Shown here: positions 57,574 to 64,000 of the stretch, piece after piece
Numbering within the stretch: the stretch's first letter is position 1
How the letters are laid out: every line of letters begins with the position of its first letter
Source of the DNA: Schizochytrium sp. TIO01
Taxonomy: Eukaryota > Protista > Bigyra: Labyrinthulomycetes
Length of the DNA stretch: 64,000 nucleotides
Assembly (NCBI GenBank): GCA_004764695.1
Contig: SMSO01000031.1
Span: forward strand, 2,394,436 to 2,458,435
Direction: 5' to 3'
Translations under genes and position numbers: made by a program
Notes under the pieces: model-generated
The model's input: only the letters and a program-made list of their open reading frames with translations
Told to the model about the DNA's origin: nothing
Databases searched by the model: none

Positions 57574-60165
57574 GAAAGAAAACAAGAAAATGGCGAAGAC
57601 TTTGAAGCAGTTCAAAACGTTTCTCTCAGCGTTAGCGAGTGAGCCAAAGGTGAAGAGAAGAGAGGGAGACCGGGGCAAACTTTTCAATCACCTCTCGCCC
57701 AAGGTGATAGAAGAACAGGCTCTTCGACACCTCAAAGCTCACTTCGCACGAGCTTGCTTTCAAGTCCATCTTTCACCGGTCTCTTCGCCGCGGCCTTAGT
57801 GCGATATGGAGCAAACACTTTGTTGGAACGGGGACCCGCTTTGGCCATCTTACGGAACGTCCACTGCAGCAATCAATGGGAGCTGCGAAACCCATTTCCT
57901 GACTTGCTTTCCTCCTTGGAACAGCTTTCTGCCTCCAGCTTCAACAAGGACAACCCACTTTTGAAATCATCCACAGCGAGAGAATCAAGCAGAGCAAGCA
58001 AAGTCAAGGAGCGAACGGAAGCCGAGCTGGCCCAAGCCAAGGAAAGCCGTGCTGGCAAGTTGATCATCATCATCAGCAGCAGCAGCAGCAGTGGATTGAT
58101 CTTCAAAAACTAGGCAGCTGCTGGACGCGGATCTTTCTGCGAGGCGGCCGAGATCAAATTCGAAGCTGGTGAAGCACGCATTCGAAAGCACGCACTCCCA
58201 TGCCACGGCGTCTCGCCTTCAGATTTAGGACAACTCGCCTCGTGCCCCAGAATCGTCCCCTCCTTCGCATCCATCGCACCCTTTGAATTTTATCTGTCCA
58301 ACCGTTCCCCATCTCACCCGAATTCAGATAAGCGCAGATTCTTTACATTTTTCTCGCCCATCTGCGGAAAGGAAGTCCAACTCGATTGTGCGCTTCCTTC
58401 AGTCTCACAGCCTGAAGCTTCTTCTTCCTTTGCCTAAGCGCTGCCGGCTTTCGCATTGCCTGAGAGAGTGGGAAGCAGAGCAGAGCAGAGCAGAGCAGAG
58501 CGACTCTTATCTGCTCGGAGAACTGAGATCCCAAACGCCAGAGAAACGAGAGGGCTCCATCCGGCTATCTAGCTGGCCGCCTGTGATAGATCCAGCGCAG
58601 GCGTGCTTTGCAGCTCCAGAGGACCGCCGTAGAGCCCGAGAGGCGTCCTCTGCCTGCCTATCTTCTATCGATGTCCTTCTGCTTCAGGGGTGAGGTGACG
58701 GAGGGATCTCTGGAGAAGCACTGAAAGTTCGAAGCTCCAAGAGCACCGCTTTCAGGAATGCACGCCCGAGCTTTACAGCAGACAGACAGACAGACAGGCA
58801 GACAGACAGGCAGGGTTCCCTCACGCTCCAGAGTCCGAGCAGGTCTTCGAGCAGGTCTTCGAGCAGGTCTTCGAGCAGATCTTCAAGCAGGCTTCTGTGT
58901 GAGGCTTCGCTCGGCCCCAGTCTCAGTCTCAGCTCAGAGGTCCTCCTTTGAATACTTATTCCCCCTCCTCTCCACGAAGCCGCTCTTCGCTCTGACGAGA
59001 TAACACAATGAGGCGATGCTCATGCAATCCCTCCCAGTGAATGAATCAATGAATTAATCAATGGATTGTCTTTTGTCGTTGATATATCATCGCATTCTTA
59101 GGGACCAGCCAGCTCCAGGTCGACGATAACCGCAAGGAACCACAAGAGCAAGCGGGGCCGCGCGGCCTTGAAGGCTCGAGCTGCCGGCCTCGTGGCAGTA
59201 ATCGGTGGCACCCACAGCGTAGCAAGCGAGCACTGAGGCATGTGCTGCGGCATGACGAGCTGGGCTGAGCTGAGCTGGGCTGAGCTGGGCTGGGCTGGGC
59301 TGGGCTCGCTGCTTTTCTTTTCTCGCGTTCTCTAGCTTGCCGGGCCTCCTTTCTACTCAGCCCAAGCAGGCAAGCAAACTTCACGGCGCCTTCGCAGGTT
59401 ATACGCGCCAGAGGAACCGCCGCATGGCGCCTTGGGCCTGTCGGAGACTCTCTTTTCAGCCGCGCCTTTGCTTCGCTGGGCTGTAAGACCCGCGGGATAC
59501 CATGAAAATATTCACTATTCTTTCTTTCCAAAAATCGCCAGCAGAAGTAAAGAGGCTATTTTGCACATTTTTAAAATCATTATTTTAAAAAAAATGGAAA
59601 ATTAAAAAAATAGACAGTTAAAAATGATTTGAGTAATTAAGTGTTTTAAGTTTTATCCAACATTGATCAAATTAAATCTGTTGCTACATTTGGGTTGAAG
59701 TCTCCTCACCTCTGTAAAAATGGGAGCCCGCCTTTAACGCAGGAGCCAACAGGCATGCGGAGAGCTTGAAGATAAGACCAGACGTACTGCAAGCAAGCAA
59801 GCAAGCAGAGAACTAAGCGAGCAGTAAATCTTGCGCGAAGAGACTTTACTGGCGGGTCCTGGAGGGTTCATGCGGCGAGTCCAAATATCCAGATCCGTGA
59901 GAACTTTTGCGCCGTGACCGTGGTTTGCTTTTCTTTTTTCCATCTCACTACGCGCTTCTTCATCAGGGAGACCTGGATTCGCTGCCGACCGCTTTTAAGC
60001 AGCTTGCAGCGGCGGCGTTTGACCTCGCGACTTCACGCTCGTCTCGCGGCGAGTTTCCCGGCAAGATCATCTTCTTCTTCATCATCATCCAGCTCATCCA
60101 GCTTGAACGAGGGCTCGTGCTCGGGTTCCTTAACTCGCATTCAGAGTTCCTTGAATGGGATGGAT

Positions 60166-60207
60166 GGGATGAATGAATGAATGAATGAATGAATGAATGA
60201 ATGAATG

Positions 60208-60258
<51 letters not shown>

Positions 60259-60348
60259 TAATCAACGAACGAACGAACGAACGAACGAACGAATGAATGA
60301 ATGAATGAATGGGATGAATGAATGAATGAATGAATGAATGAATGAATG

Positions 60349-60387
<39 letters not shown>

Positions 60388-60510
60388 TAATCAATCAATC
60401 AATCAATCAATCAATTAATCAACGAACGAAGGAACGAACGAACGAACGAACGAATGAATGAATAAATGAATGAATGAATGAACGAATGAATGAATGAATG
60501 GATGAATGAA
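60166..60510. repeat. Compound (GAAT)/(CAAT)/(GAAC) microsatellite duplicated as a higher-order unit of about 145 bp
   Basis: The order GGGAT-(GAAT)n-(CAAT)n-TTAA-(GAAC)n-(GAAT)n starts at 60166 and again at 60311. Confidence 0.9.
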
Positions 60511-62734
60511 TTAAAGAACGTCCGTATTGTGTGTGAGTGTTCGTTGGCGTGCCTGGCGAAGCGATACCTCGAGGGCCCGAGAGCTTGGCCGGCGCAACGC
60601 TCGCTCTGCTGGACAGGCTTTAGACTCGATATTCCGTCGCCCGATTACCAGCTTGGAAAGCACTCGGCCGATCTGAATGTACTCAGAGAGAGTTTGAAAT
60701 CAACTTCAAGTTTGCAGGCACCCATGCACGAAAGGAGAACCGAGCGGCGTTTTTTCTTTTTTTGCGCCAGCGAGGTTAGCGACGCGCTGAGGTACTGGAC
60801 TCGCCAAGACGAGTTAAGCTGCCTTTCAGGCGGCCCGAAGGAAGGAGGGCTGACTCGCTGGCGAGTTGAAACCATCAATTCGAGGCAATATCGTGGTTCT
60901 TTGACGAAGAACAGCAAAGATAGGACTTGTAACAAGAATCCGAACTATGCGTGAGATCGATCTCCTCCTTTTACCCATTCTTACGAGTCAGACGGAAGTT
61001 CGGCACTCTCTTTCCAAAATCAAAAGGAAAAAAGAGAAGGAAAAAGAAAGATTATGGCCTACTACGTGATTTATTTTATCTTTAAACTTTTAGAAAGAAA
61101 GAAAGAAAGAAAGAAAGGAAGGAAGGAAGGAAGGAAAAAGATCAATACAATTTGCGAGTTTCAATTACGGCTGGTGGTCCGCTTGTTAAGCAGGCTTCGG
61201 CGGCTGGCAGGGAGGATCCCGAGGCCAGGCAGGGTGTTCACGCACGGGTAAGCATTCGCATGTGCCTCGAGCTGCGGCGGGGGAAGCGCGGAGGCGCCTC
61301 GGCCTGGAGATATCAGTCTGAGCAGACAGACAGCAAGCAGTAGACAGCGAAGAAGAGACTCAACTGCCTCGGTGGATTTTCCAAAACATGCGCGGACTTG
61401 GAACTTTCCCCTTTTGAGTTCCTTCGGAGTCACGCTCACGCCGGCTCTTGTTGGAAGCGCCTGCTTTTAAGTACCTTGATCTAGCTAGCTAACTAGCTGA
61501 GCTGTTAAGCCTTGAAAGCCACAGTGGGCTGGCAGAGAAGGTCGATCTCGAACAGGCTGAGGCCGCGACAGTGCGAGCAAGAGGAAGTGCTCAGCTGGCG
61601 AGGGCTGATGCACCTCCAGAAGATGATCTTACGTCACTTTGCTTGGCTGCATTCATTCTTGAGTTTTTGCTTTGTTTTGTAATTCTATCTTTCTTTTATT
61701 AATATCTTTCTTCTGTTTTAAATAATACTAAAAGTTTATAATAATATAACTTAGTGGTCTTAATTAAAATCCGAACGATGCTATCTTTGAAAGTTCCAAG
61801 AGCCAAATGAACCGAAAGCGCTAAAATTCGCAGATGATGGAGAAGAGAAAGAACTCAGAGGTGTATGACTGTCCTTGCAGCCGTTACAGCCACGACTCGA
61901 CTTCCCTCGAAAGGATCCCTTCTTTACCCACGTGCACCTCAAGTTGACGAAAGAGCGGAGGAAATGGGAAACTTTTGGCTGGACTCCTTCTCTTTCGCCT
62001 GTAGGAACCTGTTGTCAGATATATAGTAGAAACTTTTAATTCAAAAAATAATTTAAAAAAAACTCTTGAGAAAGATCGCTTATATGTCGTAAGCAAAAGG
62101 TAATGCAATGCACGTAAAACTCCTATCACAGTCGAAGGGACAAAGGCTCTGCGGTATATTGGTGCAATGGTGAACCAGATCCTTGATTGAGAAGATATAT
62201 AGTACGTAATATAGCAGGTGGGAAAGTATTTAGTCTTAGTGCTGCGCGAGTTCGTTCTATGAGAGTGCAGAAGGATTTCAAACTTTGCTGAAAGATTTAA
62301 GCGTTCTCTCTGTGCATAACCGCTGCTTGTTTGTCCATCAATCACCAGTCCCTCATAATGCTCATGGTCGCGTGACCACTTGATTGGAGTAGCAGCCAGA
62401 AAGCATTGCAACGCCTTCGACAAAGACCAGCTAGTCATGAGTGCTGCCCAGCGCATACGAAGGAGATGAAGACGACATGAGGCGAGCCACGGGCTGAGTG
62501 AGACCTTGGCTTCTCTTTAGTCTGCTTTCTTAGCACAACCAACAACTTGGAGTGCCATGGTTTTGTTGAAACATGCAGACATGCCTGGATAGCTAGCGAG
62601 ACAGCTAGCGAGTCAAAGGAACGATGGAGCGAAGGCAAACGTGAATGGTTAAAGTCTTACTTGCCGAGGAAAGGACCGACAAGGGCGAATGGAGGGATGC
62701 ATCGAGCTATATCCATGCACAAGAAGAAGAATAC

Positions 62735-62841
62735 TGCCTGAAAGTAACGAGTACGATTCAAATCCCTTTTGGCTCTGAATTGAAGAAGATTGCCTGAAAG
62801 TAACGAGTACGATTTAAATCCCTTTTGGCTCTGAATTGAAG
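62735..62841. repeat. 56-bp-period tandem duplication
   Basis: TGCCTGAAAGTAACGAGTACGATT(C/T)AAATCCCTTTTGGCTCTGAATTGAAG at 62735 and 62791, with one mismatch. Confidence 0.93.
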
Positions 62842-63328
62842 GGCTTGAAGGTGAAAGAGGCCGATTAAGTCAGATACAGGCACTAAATCCATTTTTTCAG
62901 AGACAGCGATCCCTTAATCACTTTACCACGCGAGTGTTCTCTAGAAACTGATGCTCTTGCACAGCCAGGTAAAACCAAAACGATGTGACAAGCCCAAAGT
63001 CTTCAAGATAGACAGTTATGAAATCGAGATGGTCTGGATTCTTTGACAAAGTAGGTGTCTGTCAAGAGCAGGAGCGACCAGGTATGATAGAAATGATCAA
63101 GAGAAAGGGAGTGAGTTCTAAGCAAAATGGAATATCGAACGTGATAAATGATTACAGTTTTCGTCCTATTCATTAACTCAGGATTACAATGTCAGCTTCT
63201 AGGCGGTGCATTCACTACAGGCGTGTAGCTCAAGTGTCGATCCGAGAGAGATCTCACAGATTCACAATATAGTTTTAGCAACCCATCGCAAGAAGTAGGG
63301 AGAGCAAGGTTGCATTGTGATGTCAAAT

Positions 63329-64000
63329 TTACACAGACGATGACGTCTTGGTGATCGAAGACTCAGAGCCCTCGCCACCACTTGTGGATTTTGCAGAAGA
63401 TTCGTCCCCCTCGTAGTTCTCAGTTTGAATGACCATTTGGGCAAGAACCTGGTAATAGGCGAGGAGAGATGCGCCGATATCCTCGCCAAGGTTACCAAGA
63501 ATGTTGTACTTGCTGCGGATTTGGGAGCGAAGGATTGCCAGCAGAAAGCCCTGGTTGAAAAAGCAGAGCCAGCCAAAAGCCTCAATGCCAGGTCGAGCCA
63601 CAACAGAAGCAAAGAGTCCAATCCAGCCAAAGAAGAAGAGCTGCACAAATGCAGTAAATAGAATGTTAACCGGCATGTTCTTTTTCTTATGGAAGACACG
63701 GCTCATGACAATGTAAGTAGACCAACCAGGGCACACGAAAGCACGAAGAGTTTCGAGGTGAGTCTGGGCATCGGGAACCTTGATAAAAGAGCGCTCTTCG
63801 TGTGTAAAAAGGCCACCGAATGACCAGAAGAGATCAAAGTAGTTGAGCACACCGCCACCAAAGTGCAATTTGAATGCATTGAGACTACGGTACTTCTCTG
63901 GCTCCTCATCCATCTTGATGAAGCGGTAGAGACAGATACAAATAGAGCAGAGCAAAACGGTGAACGGGAGACCGGCAATAATAGCGGCTGCCTGAAGAGC
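63329..64000 (-). CDS. Second BCCT-family transporter paralog (3' part only; gene continues beyond the window)
   Basis: Frame is open from the window edge (ALQAAAIIAGLPF...). It aligns collinearly with the C-terminus of 49071-51485 (FKLHFGGGV/FKMHFGGGV, ETLRAF, LLAYYQVLAQ/LLAYYQLLAQ). Confidence 0.93.
   Translation of the reverse strand, partial: ALQAAAIIAGLPFTVLLCSICICLYRFIKMDEEPEKYRSLNAFKLHFGGGVLNYFDLFWSFGGLFTHEERSFIKVPDAQTHLETLRAFVCPGWSTYIVMSRVFHKKKNMPVNILFTAFVQLFFFGWIGLFASVVARPGIEAFGWLCFFNQGFLLAILRSQIRSKYNILGNLGEDIGASLLAYYQVLAQMVIQTENYEGDESSAKSTSGGEGSESSITKTSSSV

Noticed and set aside
57320-57799. ORF with poly-Leu resembling a signal or transmembrane segment
   Set aside because: The poly-Leu is the (CTG)n repeat, the start is TTG, and there is no other support.
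63220-63290. GGCGTGTAGCTCAAGTG resembling a tRNA 5' end / A-box
   Set aside because: No T-loop GTTCRA, anticodon arm or acceptor-stem complement follows.

Overview
Eukaryotic nuclear DNA with mostly intronless genes. The intron-poor genes, dense 4-5-mer microsatellites, BCCT transporters and oomycete-like G-beta suggest a thraustochytrid/labyrinthulomycete stramenopile; this is inference, not shown directly. Nine protein genes are well supported: a coiled-coil protein with an ADD-type PHD finger, a small RING protein, an SH3-GYF-GYF-Tubby protein, a G-protein beta subunit, RNA polymerase III subunit RPC2, ZMAT2/Snu23, a Cys-cluster + HAD-like protein, and two tandem BCCT transporters (the second runs off the right edge). 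There is also a probable spliced gene start at the left edge and a probable decayed gene at about 23.3-25.4 kb. Three long gene deserts (about 0.2-19 kb, 29.2-35.7 kb and 51.5-63.2 kb) are packed with microsatellites and recurrent T-rich to A-rich islands, and nearly all short ORFs there are spurious. The most interesting observations are the SH3-2xGYF-Tubby fusion with a charge-reversed lipid pocket, the BCCT C-terminal PLAC8-like domain, an orphan ADD-type finger, and the modular polarity-switch architecture of the deserts. No rRNA, tRNA, CRISPR array or intact mobile element was found.
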